Source: an uncultured Clostridia bacterium (GTDB lineage: Bacteria > Bacillota > Clostridia > Christensenellales > CAG-138). From it: 64,000 nucleotides of DNA. Numbering within the stretch: position 1 is the stretch's first letter; every line of letters starts with the position of its first letter. The position numbers and the translations under genes were made by a program. Below the pieces are notes generated by a model. That model had not been told where the DNA came from, searched no databases, and saw only the letters and a program-made list of their open reading frames with translations. This document shows positions 30,494 through 39,916 of this stretch, one piece after another. Location: positions 1-64,000 of the forward strand of contig CALVWJ010000001.1 of the NCBI GenBank assembly GCA_944366945.1, in the 5' to 3' direction.

Positions 30494-32284
30494 ATGATCT
30501 ACAGGTCGCATGTGCTGGTCTGCGCGGGCACGGGTTGCACGTCCTCCAATTCCCTGCGCATCATTGAGAACTTCCATAAAAAACTGGAAGAAACCGGATA
30601 CGACAAGGAAGTCCAGGTCATCCGCACGGGCTGCTTCGGCCTTTGTGCGGCAGGCCCGATCGTTGTGGTTTACCCTGAGGGCGTATACTACAGCCACGTT
30701 AAACCGGAGGATGTTGAGGAGATCGTAAACGAGCACATCATCAAGGGACGCCCCGTGCAGCGCCTCATTTACAAGGAGCATGATGAAAGCGGCGTCAACA
30801 CCACGCTCAACGATTCTGATTTCTATAAAAAGCAGCACCGCATCGCCTTGCGCAACTGCGGCATGATCGACCCGGAAAACATCGATGAATATATTGCCTT
30901 TGACGGCTATAAAGCGCTCGGGAAGGTGCTCACCGAGATGACCCGCGATGAGGTTATCGACACCGTGATCCGCTCCGGCCTGCGCGGCCGTGGCGGCGGC
31001 GGATTCCCGACCGGCTTGAAGTGGAAATTTGCTAAAGCGCCCGAAAGCGATGTTAAATACGTTTGCTGCAATGCAGACGAAGGTGACCCAGGCGCATTCA
31101 TGGATCGTTCCGTTCTTGAAGGCGATCCGCATTCTGTGCTGGAAGCTATGACGATTGCGGGCTATGCAATTGGCGCACAGCAGGGCTATATTTATGTGCG
31201 TGCGGAATATCCCATCGCAGTAAAACGCCTGCGCGTTGCTATCGGGCAGGCCAGGGAATACGGCCTGCTGGGCGATAACATCATGGATACTGGCTTCAAA
31301 TTTGACATTGACCTCCGCCTTGGCAGCGGCGCATTCGTTTGCGGCGAAGAAACCGCGCTGCTTGCTTCCATTGAAGGCGGCCGCGGCGAGCCGCGCCCGC
31401 GCCCCCCATTCCCGGCGGTAAAGGGGCTTTTTGGCAAACCGACCCTGCTCAATAACGTAGAAACCTATGCAAACATCTGCCAGATCATCTTGAACGGGCC
31501 GGAATGGTTTGCCTCCATGGGCACCGAAAAGAGCAAGGGCACGAAGGTGTTCGCGCTGGGCGGAAAGATCAACAACACGGGCCTTGTAGAAATCCCCATG
31601 GGCACTACGCTGCGTGAAGTCATCTATGAGATTGGCGGCGGCATCCCGAACGGGAAAAAGTTTAAAGCCGCGCAAACCGGTGGCCCCTCCGGCGGTTGCA
31701 TCCCAGCACAACATTTGGATGTGCCTATCGATTATGACAACTTGATCTCCATTGGCTCCATGATGGGATCGGGCGGCATGATCGTTATGGACGAAGACAA
31801 CTGCATGGTGAACATCGCGAAATTCTTCCTTGAATTCACGGTGGATGAATCCTGCGGCAAATGCCCGCCCTGCCGAATCGGTACGCGGCGCATGCTCGAG
31901 ATGCTGGAAAAGATCACGAGCGGAAAGGGCGAACCGGGCGATATCGAAAAGCTGGAGAAGCTCGCTTACAACATCAAAGCGGCAGCTCTCTGCGGCCTTG
32001 GGCAGACCGCGCCGAACCCCGTGCTTTCTACCATCCGCTATTTCCGCGATGAATATGAAGCGCATATTTATGAAAAGCGTTGCCCGGCTGGCGTGTGCAA
32101 GGCACTGCTTCAGTATACCATCGATCCGGAAAAGTGCCGCGGGTGCAGCCTCTGCGCGCGCAAGTGCCCGGCTGGCGCAATCTCCGGTGAAATCAAGAAG
32201 CCGTTTGTGATCGATCCCGCGAAGTGCATTAAGTGCGGCGCGTGCATGGAAGCGTGCAAATTTGGTGCGATCAGCAAGAAATAA
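30494..32284 (+). CDS. NuoF-like NAD(P)H-binding flavoprotein subunit (HydB/HndC-type; N-terminal 2Fe-2S, FMN/NADH core, C-terminal 2x[4Fe-4S])
   Basis: GRGGGGFPTG (FMN/NADH motif), ESCGKCPPCR, C-terminal CRGCSLCARKCP and CIKCGACMEACK. Confidence 0.9.
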   Translation: MIYRSHVLVCAGTGCTSSNSLRIIENFHKKLEETGYDKEVQVIRTGCFGLCAAGPIVVVYPEGVYYSHVKPEDVEEIVNEHIIKGRPVQRLIYKEHDESGVNTTLNDSDFYKKQHRIALRNCGMIDPENIDEYIAFDGYKALGKVLTEMTRDEVIDTVIRSGLRGRGGGGFPTGLKWKFAKAPESDVKYVCCNADEGDPGAFMDRSVLEGDPHSVLEAMTIAGYAIGAQQGYIYVRAEYPIAVKRLRVAIGQAREYGLLGDNIMDTGFKFDIDLRLGSGAFVCGEETALLASIEGGRGEPRPRPPFPAVKGLFGKPTLLNNVETYANICQIILNGPEWFASMGTEKSKGTKVFALGGKINNTGLVEIPMGTTLREVIYEIGGGIPNGKKFKAAQTGGPSGGCIPAQHLDVPIDYDNLISIGSMMGSGGMIVMDEDNCMVNIAKFFLEFTVDESCGKCPPCRIGTRRMLEMLEKITSGKGEPGDIEKLEKLAYNIKAAALCGLGQTAPNPVLSTIRYFRDEYEAHIYEKRCPAGVCKALLQYTIDPEKCRGCSLCARKCPAGAISGEIKKPFVIDPAKCIKCGACMEACKFGAISKK

Positions 32285-32298
32285 CCTCAAACAAGCAA

Positions 32299-32332
32299 AA
32301 GAGCATCTCCTGCCGAGGAGATGCTCTTTTTT
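32299..32332 (+). terminator. Strong rho-independent terminator after hydB-like gene
   Basis: aagagcatctcc-tgccga-ggagatgctctt followed by tttt. Confidence 0.7.
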
Positions 32333-33045
32333 CGCGCGGCATCTCCTTTGGAAATTTAGGGGATCCCAGAGCAGTGGCTTGAAACGGATCTGGCGGCGCG
32401 AAAGACCATGCAAACCTTGCAAAAGTGATATCCGGCACATCCCAGACCACCTAAGAGCATCTAACCAAACTTTATTTTGGCGCAGACGCTCGATCATGCG
32501 CGAAAGAAGAGAGGCCATCGCCTGCGGAACCAAGGAAAACGGAATTGCGCTGCATAAGCAGCACCCGCTCTCTGCTGCATTGCCCAGGATACGGCCGAAA
32601 ATTCACACCCCGTTTAGGGGCAGTGGCCTAAAAAACATCGCTCTTGAAGGGGGATCTTGTGGCAACCGCATCGGCATCGCCGAGAGCCGTGCCACAGCGG
32701 GCTTGCCTCTCCCTCTTTCGCGCATCTGTCGCAGATTTGCCCGCTTCAAGGGCGCAGCGCCAAGTGCAGCTCCATTGTTCTGGCGCAAAGCAGGCGGACG
32801 CAGGCAGACTATCCTCTTCCCAAGCATCCAACACAGCGCCGAGGTGAATGGAACCGAACTTGACCGGCGGTTTCCTCTGTTATCGCCTCTTTTAGGGAGG
32901 CATGCTCAATTTTGCTTTGCAATGGAAGAACTTGGGCACAGGGCAACTTGGGCGTATTCGCCGCACAAAGCATGCCGAACCGCACAGGGTGCGGCGCATC
33001 GAATGCGTTTAGGGACAATTTTCAAAGGATGGACTTGAAAAACGG

Positions 33046-33061
33046 GTTAGAATATGCTAAC
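33046..33061. promoter_or_regulatory. Candidate operator: imperfect palindrome overlapping a putative promoter of the ZIP transporter
   Basis: gttagAATATGctaac lies about 40 bp upstream of the ZIP start, next to a TTGAAA -35-like hexamer. Confidence 0.25.
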
Positions 33062-33097
33062 TTTGTATGGAGCGATATTGCATCCGGAGGAAATACG

Positions 33098-33886
33098 ATG
33101 CACGAAACTATAAAGCTATCCATTGGGGTGTTTATTCCGTTCCTTGGGACGGTGCTCGGGGCTGCAACGGCCCTTTTTATGAAAAAAGCCATGCATGTGC
33201 GCTTGCAAAAGCTTCTGTTGGGCTTTGCGGCGGGGGTGATGATTGCGGCTTCCGTATGGTCATTGCTGATTCCCGCCATTGCGATGGCAGAAGCGGCAGG
33301 AAAGGTAGCCTGGGTGCCTGCGGCGACAGGTTTTTTGGTAGGGATCGGCTTCCTGCTCGCATTGGATACGTTGATCCCCCATCTGCATCTGAACGCTACA
33401 ATGCCGGAAGGGCGCCCCAGCATGCTGGAAAGGTCGCTTATGCTGGTGCTTGCGGTCACCTTGCATAATATTCCGGAAGGAATGGCAGTTGGCGTTGTGT
33501 TCGCCGGGATGCGCGCTGGAAATGAAGCGATCACAGCCGCTGGCGCGTTCGCGCTCGCCGCCGGGATCGCGATTCAAAATTTCCCGGAGGGCGCGATCAT
33601 CTCCATGCCCTTGGTGAACCTTGGTGTTTCGCGGAAAAAGGCGTTCGGCTATGGCGTTCTTTCCGGGGCTGTGGAGCCGATCGGCGCGGTGCTCACGATT
33701 TTGCTGACCTCCCTTGTAACGCCGATCCTGCCTTATATCCTGGCGTTTGCCGCAGGCGCGATGCTTTATGTTGTAATAGAAGAACTGATCCCGGAAGCGC
33801 AGCAAGGGGAACATTCGAATCTCGGCACCATTGGCGCGGCGTTGGGCTTTGCGCTGATGATGGTGCTGGATGTTGCGCTTGGATGA
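33098..33886 (+). CDS. ZIP family metal (Zn/Fe) transporter, ZupT-like
   Basis: GGAGGAAA RBS. 8 TM with HNIPEG and HN.PEGA motifs (LHNIPEGMAVG, IQNFPEGAIIS). Confidence 0.85.
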   Translation: MHETIKLSIGVFIPFLGTVLGAATALFMKKAMHVRLQKLLLGFAAGVMIAASVWSLLIPAIAMAEAAGKVAWVPAATGFLVGIGFLLALDTLIPHLHLNATMPEGRPSMLERSLMLVLAVTLHNIPEGMAVGVVFAGMRAGNEAITAAGAFALAAGIAIQNFPEGAIISMPLVNLGVSRKKAFGYGVLSGAVEPIGAVLTILLTSLVTPILPYILAFAAGAMLYVVIEELIPEAQQGEHSNLGTIGAALGFALMMVLDVALG

Positions 33887-34097
33887 AAAAACCAGAAAAA
33901 AGGAAAGAGCCCATCGCCATCTTCTGGCCGCCGGGCTCTTTTTCTGTCGTATCGTTTTTTGCTTTCAGCTTTTCGGCTCACGGGGCTGATGGCCCATGTT
34001 TGGCGTTTGGCCGCATCCAGGGCGCGCCGTGCCTTTTTGCTGAGTTTTTCCCTTGGGATAAACTGCTTTTTCATGAGATGTTTCCTCCGTTTTTAAA

Positions 34098-34898
34098 TTA
34101 AAGCTTATGTTCCATTTCCGCGCGCCAATGGAGGATCGCTTCAAGGACGCCGCCGCCGATGGCAAGCGCCTTATCGGAAACCGTGAAGCAATGCTCCCGC
34201 GCGCAACGCGGGTCAATATCGCCGGCTTTGGTACCAGCGGAGATGGAGATGCCGTCGGGCAGGATGCCGCGCAGGCAGCCTGCGATTTCCGCACGGAGTG
34301 GGACGCCATCCACATCTGCAACAATGGAGCCTGCGGTGACCATGGCCCCGATGGGGAAATGGCCATGAAATATGCCAGCGGCCGGCGCATAGAGCACGCG
34401 CTCGCGCGTATATCCTCCAACGTTGCCGGGAATGCCGGTATTGGGGAGGGCGGAACCTTCATAAATGCAGCGCCCAAGGGTATGCCCGCGCATCGTTTCG
34501 ATCACGCAGTGGCAGTCCACGCCTGCCGTAAAGCCCGGCCCCAGCGCAACGACGAGCGGCGCATCTGAAATGCGTGTACCGAGATTGCGCTTTGCAAGCA
34601 TCGCGTCGACGAGCACATCGGGATGGTATCGCGCGATGCTTGTTCCCGTGGGATCAACGATTACGGCCGGTACATGCGCATGAAGCGCCGCGCGCACCTC
34701 CGCTTCGGTTTGGCACAAATGGGAAGTTACGCTTTCTACTGTGGCAGAACCGCGGTAAACGGCGTCTGAAAATGCCACCGTACGCCGCACGGCAGTCGGC
34801 GCTGCAAGTTCGGTCAGAATCAATGAAAAGCCGCAGCGGTGCAGCCGCATGGCCACACCTGTTGCAAGGTCGCCTGCGCCGCGTATTAAAACCAGCAT
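34098..34898 (-). CDS. yqeB: YqeB family selenium-dependent molybdenum hydroxylase system protein
   Basis: N-terminal MLVLIRGAGDLATGVAMRLHRCGF Rossmann-like start as I recall it for the YqeB family. GAGAGGA RBS. Adjacent to a yqeC-like gene. Confidence 0.6.
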   Translation of the reverse strand: MLVLIRGAGDLATGVAMRLHRCGFSLILTELAAPTAVRRTVAFSDAVYRGSATVESVTSHLCQTEAEVRAALHAHVPAVIVDPTGTSIARYHPDVLVDAMLAKRNLGTRISDAPLVVALGPGFTAGVDCHCVIETMRGHTLGRCIYEGSALPNTGIPGNVGGYTRERVLYAPAAGIFHGHFPIGAMVTAGSIVADVDGVPLRAEIAGCLRGILPDGISISAGTKAGDIDPRCAREHCFTVSDKALAIGGGVLEAILHWRAEMEHKL

Positions 34899-35581
34899 CC
34901 AATCACATCCTCTCGTAATGCGCAAACGGCGGCGGGGTATCCTGCCGCACGAAGCTCCTTTGCAATAGCGTCCCCCTGCGCGTGCAGTTCCGGCGTATCC
35001 GCCTGGTTGAGCAGCGCTACCGCGGGGCATGCTGCGCTGCTATGCTGGAACGCTCGAAGCATAAGGCGCACAATATCTTCTTCCACAATGCAATGCGCCG
35101 GATCCATGCCGGCTTCCACGCACCGGTGCAGCACTTCGCCGGCCGGCTTGCCAAGCGCAGAAAGGCCGGCAATCTGGATGACAAGCCCTGTATTTGCAGG
35201 GATACAGGGTTCAGAATCCCTGTGCCATTTCAGCGGCATGTGCCGTGAACCGTCCGCCTCGCAAAGCACATAGTCGAACGCTGCTGCCGCAGCCGTAAGA
35301 TATTGCGGCGCAAGCCCGGTCATTTTGCCGTTGCCGTTTGGGTATCCCATAAGGACGAGCTGCGCACGCTGTGCGGCAGCGGCGGCTTCTTCCGGTGTAG
35401 CAGGTGCGCAAAATGTTGTGCCTGCCGGAGGGGGAAAGGCAAGGTGCGTCGTGGTAGTAAGCAAAACAGAGGCACCAGCTTCGGCAAGCCATTGCCCAAG
35501 CTTGAAAAGGAGCGTCGTTTTGCCACCGCCCCCAATGATTGCCGTAATCTTTGGCAGGCTGCAGGGAAATGAAAACCGCAT
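34886..35581 (-). CDS. yqeC: YqeC family selenium-dependent hydroxylase accessory protein (P-loop)
   Basis: ITAIIGGGGKTTLLFKL P-loop at the N-terminus. Size and position next to yqeB match the YqeC marker family. Confidence 0.6.
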   Translation of the reverse strand: MRFSFPCSLPKITAIIGGGGKTTLLFKLGQWLAEAGASVLLTTTTHLAFPPPAGTTFCAPATPEEAAAAAQRAQLVLMGYPNGNGKMTGLAPQYLTAAAAAFDYVLCEADGSRHMPLKWHRDSEPCIPANTGLVIQIAGLSALGKPAGEVLHRCVEAGMDPAHCIVEEDIVRLMLRAFQHSSAACPAVALLNQADTPELHAQGDAIAKELRAAGYPAAVCALREDVIGCWF

Positions 35582-36122
35582 GAGGCTCTCCTGTTCGCAC
35601 GCAAGTTTTTAATTATCATACTATATTTTTCGGGAAATACCAATGGGATGCGCGCAAAGCTTTGGTATTTTAGGAAGGGAAATATCCTCCGGCACTTCAA
35701 AGCTTTTGCTCTCTCTGAGCAGCCCTGCCACCGCAAAGAAAAGAGCGAATGCTAGGCACAAAACCGAAATCCTTGCCCAAAACGCGTTACACCCAAATAT
35801 AAAAAGAGGCCTTAGCTTTTGGGCTCTGCGCAGGGTCTCGGACATCCCCCTTAACGGGAATGAACGCATATGGAAATTGAGGTTGCACCGGAGCATGCAG
35901 AAAAGCTGCGAGAAAACTGGGCGCGCAGATTCCGCTTTTAAAGACGATGCGAAAGAATATGCATGCCTGGCTTTCTTGAAACTGCTGCGCGCTTTAGGGC
36001 AGCTCTCCTACAACAACGGGCTACAGTAAGGTATTGCCGAAAAACACCATACTTTGGATGGACAAAGCGTTCACAATCTGCTATAATGAAATAGCGTTAT
36101 TCTCAAGAAAAAATAACGGTCG

Positions 36123-37238
36123 GTGTACCATATGCATGTTTCACGCAAAAACAGATCAATCAAACCGCATCAACGCTGCATGCACGCCCCTTCCAGGATG
36201 TTGTTCCTGCTTGCGCTGTTTCTGCTTGCGTTGTTTTTGGCTTCTTTCGCGTTTGGGCGTTATGGCGTTCCAATTTGGGATGTGGCGCGCATTCTTGTTT
36301 ATCGATGCGCCGCGCTCGTAGAAGATGGGCTAAGCTGGTTGCTGCAACGCACCGTTGCGTTCCTGCCGGAAACCGTGCCGTGGGCGGCACAAATGGAAAC
36401 GGTTGTGATCAACATTCGCCTGCCGCGCATTTTGCTTGCCTGCATGGTGGGATGCTGCCTTTCGGCTGCGGGCGCATCCTACCAGGGTGTATTTCAAAAC
36501 CCCATGGCATCGCCGGATCTGTTGGGCGCTTCCTCCGGCGCAGCATTCGGCGCAGCGCTCGCAATTCTTTACGGCGCATCAAACGAGGGCGTTTCACTTG
36601 CCGCATTTGCAGCAAGCCTCATCACGGTTCTGCTCGTGTTTTTGCTTGCACAGCGCGCGCCGGGGCATCGGGTTGTGAATTTGATCCTGGGTGGCATTAT
36701 GATCGGCTCCCTGTTTACGGCAGCAACATCCTATGTGAAGCTCGTAGCGGATCCAACGAACCAGCTCCCCGCGATCACCTATTGGCTGATGGGAAGCCTT
36801 TCCGGCGCGAAGCTTTCAGAGCTTGGGTTTGCGGCTGTGCCTATGGCGCTCGGCTGCATTCCATTGCTGTTAATCCGCTGGCGCATCAATCTTTTAACGC
36901 TGGGGGATGAGGAGGCGCAGACGCTTGGGGTGAACACGAACCTGCTGCGCTTGGCCGTTATCCTCTGTGCAACACTTGTTACGGCGGCGAGCATTGCCGT
37001 TTCGGGCATGATAGGCTGGGTTGGCCTAGTGATCCCGCATTTTGCGCGGAAGCTTGTGGGGAGCAATTACCGCTACCTTATGCCTGCTTCCATGCTGCTA
37101 GGCGCCGCATTTTTGCTTGTGGTGGATAATGTTTCGCGCAACCTGCTTGCGGTGGAGATCCCTATCGGCATCTTGACTGCCTTTGTGGGCGCGCCCTTCT
37201 TCATTTATTTGCTTATGAGGCGGGAGAAAACGCTGTGA
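36123..37238 (+). CDS. FecCD family ABC transporter permease (siderophore/heme/cobalamin type); exact start uncertain (alternative ATGs at 36180 and 36198)
   Basis: 9-10 TM with the conserved FecCD region (LGDEEAQTLGVN...GMIGWVGLVIPH). Confidence 0.8.
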   Translation: MYHMHVSRKNRSIKPHQRCMHAPSRMLFLLALFLLALFLASFAFGRYGVPIWDVARILVYRCAALVEDGLSWLLQRTVAFLPETVPWAAQMETVVINIRLPRILLACMVGCCLSAAGASYQGVFQNPMASPDLLGASSGAAFGAALAILYGASNEGVSLAAFAASLITVLLVFLLAQRAPGHRVVNLILGGIMIGSLFTAATSYVKLVADPTNQLPAITYWLMGSLSGAKLSELGFAAVPMALGCIPLLLIRWRINLLTLGDEEAQTLGVNTNLLRLAVILCATLVTAASIAVSGMIGWVGLVIPHFARKLVGSNYRYLMPASMLLGAAFLLVVDNVSRNLLAVEIPIGILTAFVGAPFFIYLLMRREKTL

Positions 37239-38014
37239 GCATTGTGGTGGAACAACTGCATTTTGCCTATGGCCAGCGCTCCGTGCTGCGCGGGGTGAGC
37301 TTTTCGGCGGAGGATGGGCGCCTTCTTGCAGTGCTCGGGCCCAACGGCGCTGGAAAAACCACGTTGTTTCGGTGCATCCTTGGCCTAATGAGCCGCTATG
37401 AAGGGCGCATTCTCGTGGACGGAACGGATGCGCGCACGCTGCCCGCCCGCGCGCTCGCGCACCGCATTGCCTATATCCCACAGGTGCATGGGCAAGCATT
37501 TTCCTATTCCGTGCTGGAGATGGTGCTTATGGGCACCACCCATGGCCTTTCGCCGCTTGCCGTGCCAAAGGAGAAGGAGAAAGCAGCAGGGCTCGCGGCA
37601 TTGGAAAGGCTCGGAATTGCACAGCTTGCGCAAAAGCCTTTTTCCAAGCTTTCCGGTGGGGAACAGCAGCTTGTTCTTATTGCGCGTGCGCTTGCGCAGG
37701 CAGCGCATACGCTCGTGATGGATGAACCCACGGCAAGCCTTGACTATGGCAACCAGGTACGGGTGCTGGAGCATGCGCGCGCGCTTGCGCGGGAAGGTTA
37801 CGCGGTGGTGTTTTCCACGCACAACCCGCAACACGCTCTCTCTTATGCGGATGGGGTGCTTGCGCTGTTGGAAGGGGAAACTGCGGCCTTGGGAGATCCA
37901 TCGGAGGTTATGGATGCAGCGCTGCTTTACCGCCTTTACGGCGTGCACACGGAGTTCCTAAAAACGGGAAGCGGGATTTTGATCGCGCCGCGCGTTGGGG
38001 AGGGAAATGCATGA
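37235..38014 (+). CDS. ABC transporter ATP-binding protein (FecE-like)
   Basis: Walker A GPNGAGKTT, signature LSGGEQQ, Walker B LVMDEPT. Confidence 0.85.
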   Translation: MSIVVEQLHFAYGQRSVLRGVSFSAEDGRLLAVLGPNGAGKTTLFRCILGLMSRYEGRILVDGTDARTLPARALAHRIAYIPQVHGQAFSYSVLEMVLMGTTHGLSPLAVPKEKEKAAGLAALERLGIAQLAQKPFSKLSGGEQQLVLIARALAQAAHTLVMDEPTASLDYGNQVRVLEHARALAREGYAVVFSTHNPQHALSYADGVLALLEGETAALGDPSEVMDAALLYRLYGVHTEFLKTGSGILIAPRVGEGNA

Positions 38015-38730
38015 AATTTGAATGGACAGAGGAAACGATCCGTTTTCGTGAAGATGCTGCAGTGCGCGTGCAATTCGATGCGGCGATTGCACAGCATATT
38101 CTTCCGTTCCTTCCAGAGAATGCCCATGTTTGTGATGCTGGCTGTGGCCTCGGCTTCCTAAGTCTTGCGCTTGCGCCGCATTGCCGCCGCATTACCGCGG
38201 TGGACGCAAGCTCCGCTGCGCTTGCAGTGCTTGCACGCAACGCAGTGCGCATGGGCTATGATAACATTCAAATTGTCCAAGGCGATTTGTTCGCCCAGCG
38301 GCCCACCCCCCGCTATGATGCGATGGTATTCTGCTTTTTCGGGCACACGAAGGAAACGCTCAAAGCGGTGCGCACGCAGTGCAAGGGGCGCGCCATCCTT
38401 GTGAAGCGGGACCACATAGAACATCGTTTTGCGGCTGGAAATCAGCCGGCCCAGCGGCTGAATTTCCAAACGGCATGCCAGGAGCTCACCGCGCTCCATG
38501 TGCCGCATACGACGCAAACGTTTTCCCTTGAAATGGGGCAACCATTTCGCTCGCGCGAAGAAGTGGCGCGTTTTTTTGCAATCTATGGTGGAAGCGGCGC
38601 GCACTCTGCTATGACGCAGATGGAAGAAGTTATAAAAACCGGGGATTTGGAATTTCCCTATTATTTTTCCGCCAGATGCGCACTGGGCTTGATTGTGCTG
38701 GATGCGGGAGAGATTCCCGATTTGCCATAA
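38011..38730 (+). CDS. Class I SAM-dependent methyltransferase embedded in the ABC transporter operon
   Basis: Motif I VCDAGCGLGFLSLALA. Motif post-I ITAVDAS. Overlapping stop/start with flanking genes. Confidence 0.6.
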   Translation: MKFEWTEETIRFREDAAVRVQFDAAIAQHILPFLPENAHVCDAGCGLGFLSLALAPHCRRITAVDASSAALAVLARNAVRMGYDNIQIVQGDLFAQRPTPRYDAMVFCFFGHTKETLKAVRTQCKGRAILVKRDHIEHRFAAGNQPAQRLNFQTACQELTALHVPHTTQTFSLEMGQPFRSREEVARFFAIYGGSGAHSAMTQMEEVIKTGDLEFPYYFSARCALGLIVLDAGEIPDLP

Positions 38731-38754
38731 ACCTTGTTTTTGGAGGATACTCGT

Positions 38755-39912
38755 ATGAAAAAGTTGATCGCTTTGGTGCTAGCGGCTCTGTTGGTTGCAT
38801 CGCTCGCGGGATGCACCGAGGATACGCTTGTGCCCACGGATACGCCGGCGCCCGTTGATACGCTCGCACCGGCGCAAATAGAAGCGCCGGAAGAAACCAC
38901 GCCCCCAGAGGAGGTTGCGCCTAATACACGCACCTTTACGGATTCCATTGGGCGCACGGTAGAGCTGCCAGCAGAAATTGAAAAAGTCGCGGTTTCCGGA
39001 CCGCTGGCGCAGATTGTGCTGTTTGCGCTCTGCCCGGATAAACTCGTTGGCATTGCATCTGCATGGGATACATCCGCAGAGCAGTATCTTGCAACGGAGT
39101 ACTATAACCTTCCGGAACTTGGCCAACTTTATGGTGGGCAAGGGGAACTGAACCTGGAAACCCTGCTTGCAAGCGGGGCCGAGATCGTGATCGATGTGGG
39201 CGAGCCAAAGGATAGCGCAGTGGAGGACCTTGACGCGCTGCAGGAGCAGACGGGGATCCCGTTTGTGCATGTTACGGCAACGACCGAAACGATGGGGGAT
39301 GCTTACCGCAAACTGGGCGAGCTGGTCGGCATGCCCGATGCCGCGGAGGAACTTGCTGCATATTGCAATAGAATCTATGCGCAAACGCTTGCGCTTGCAG
39401 AGCGCGTTGAAAAGGTCAACCTGCTTTACTGTTTGGGGGATGCCGGCCTAAACGTGATTGCGCAGGGAAGCTATCATGCGGAGATCATCGACCTGCTTTC
39501 CAACAATCTGGCCGTCGTGGAGGCGCCTTCCAGCAAGGGGACAGGCAATGAAGTGGACATGGAACAGATCCTCCTCTGGAATCCGGATGTGATCCTGTTT
39601 GCGCCCGACAGCATCTATGCTACCGTGGGGGAAGACGCAACCTGGCAGGAGGTTGCCGCCATCCGGAACGGCACATATTATGAGGTCCCGCTGGGGCCCT
39701 ACAATTGGATGGGGTTCCCGCCTTCCGTGCAGCGGTACCTCGGCATGCTCTGGATGGCGAAACTCCTCTACCCCGAGGCGGCCACTTATGATCTTTATAC
39801 GGAAGTAGCTGCATATTTCAAGCTGTTTTATCACAGCGACCTTACCGAAGCGCAATATGATGCCTTGGTGGAGCATTCTATCGGGGCTGCGGCTGAAGCG
39901 CCTGCCGCATAA
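38755..39912 (+). CDS. ABC transporter substrate-binding lipoprotein, TroA-like class III fold
   Basis: GGAGGA RBS. Lipobox LAGC. Pro/Thr-rich linker. Two-lobe binding-protein pattern typical of FecB/BtuF-type SBPs. Confidence 0.7.
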   Translation: MKKLIALVLAALLVASLAGCTEDTLVPTDTPAPVDTLAPAQIEAPEETTPPEEVAPNTRTFTDSIGRTVELPAEIEKVAVSGPLAQIVLFALCPDKLVGIASAWDTSAEQYLATEYYNLPELGQLYGGQGELNLETLLASGAEIVIDVGEPKDSAVEDLDALQEQTGIPFVHVTATTETMGDAYRKLGELVGMPDAAEELAAYCNRIYAQTLALAERVEKVNLLYCLGDAGLNVIAQGSYHAEIIDLLSNNLAVVEAPSSKGTGNEVDMEQILLWNPDVILFAPDSIYATVGEDATWQEVAAIRNGTYYEVPLGPYNWMGFPPSVQRYLGMLWMAKLLYPEAATYDLYTEVAAYFKLFYHSDLTEAQYDALVEHSIGAAAEAPAA

Positions 39913-39916
39913 TGCT

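Noticed and set aside
32262-33038. 258-aa + strand ORF in the gap after hydB
   Set aside because: Extremely Arg-rich and low-complexity, with no RBS and no recognisable domain. It starts inside the hydB terminator. The region is treated as non-coding and flagged as a finding instead.
35582-36122. Cobalamin riboswitch upstream of the FecCD-type importer
   Set aside because: I looked for the B12 box (GCCACTG core) and conserved flanks. Only a weak resemblance (ctgccaccgc) was found, which is insufficient to call.
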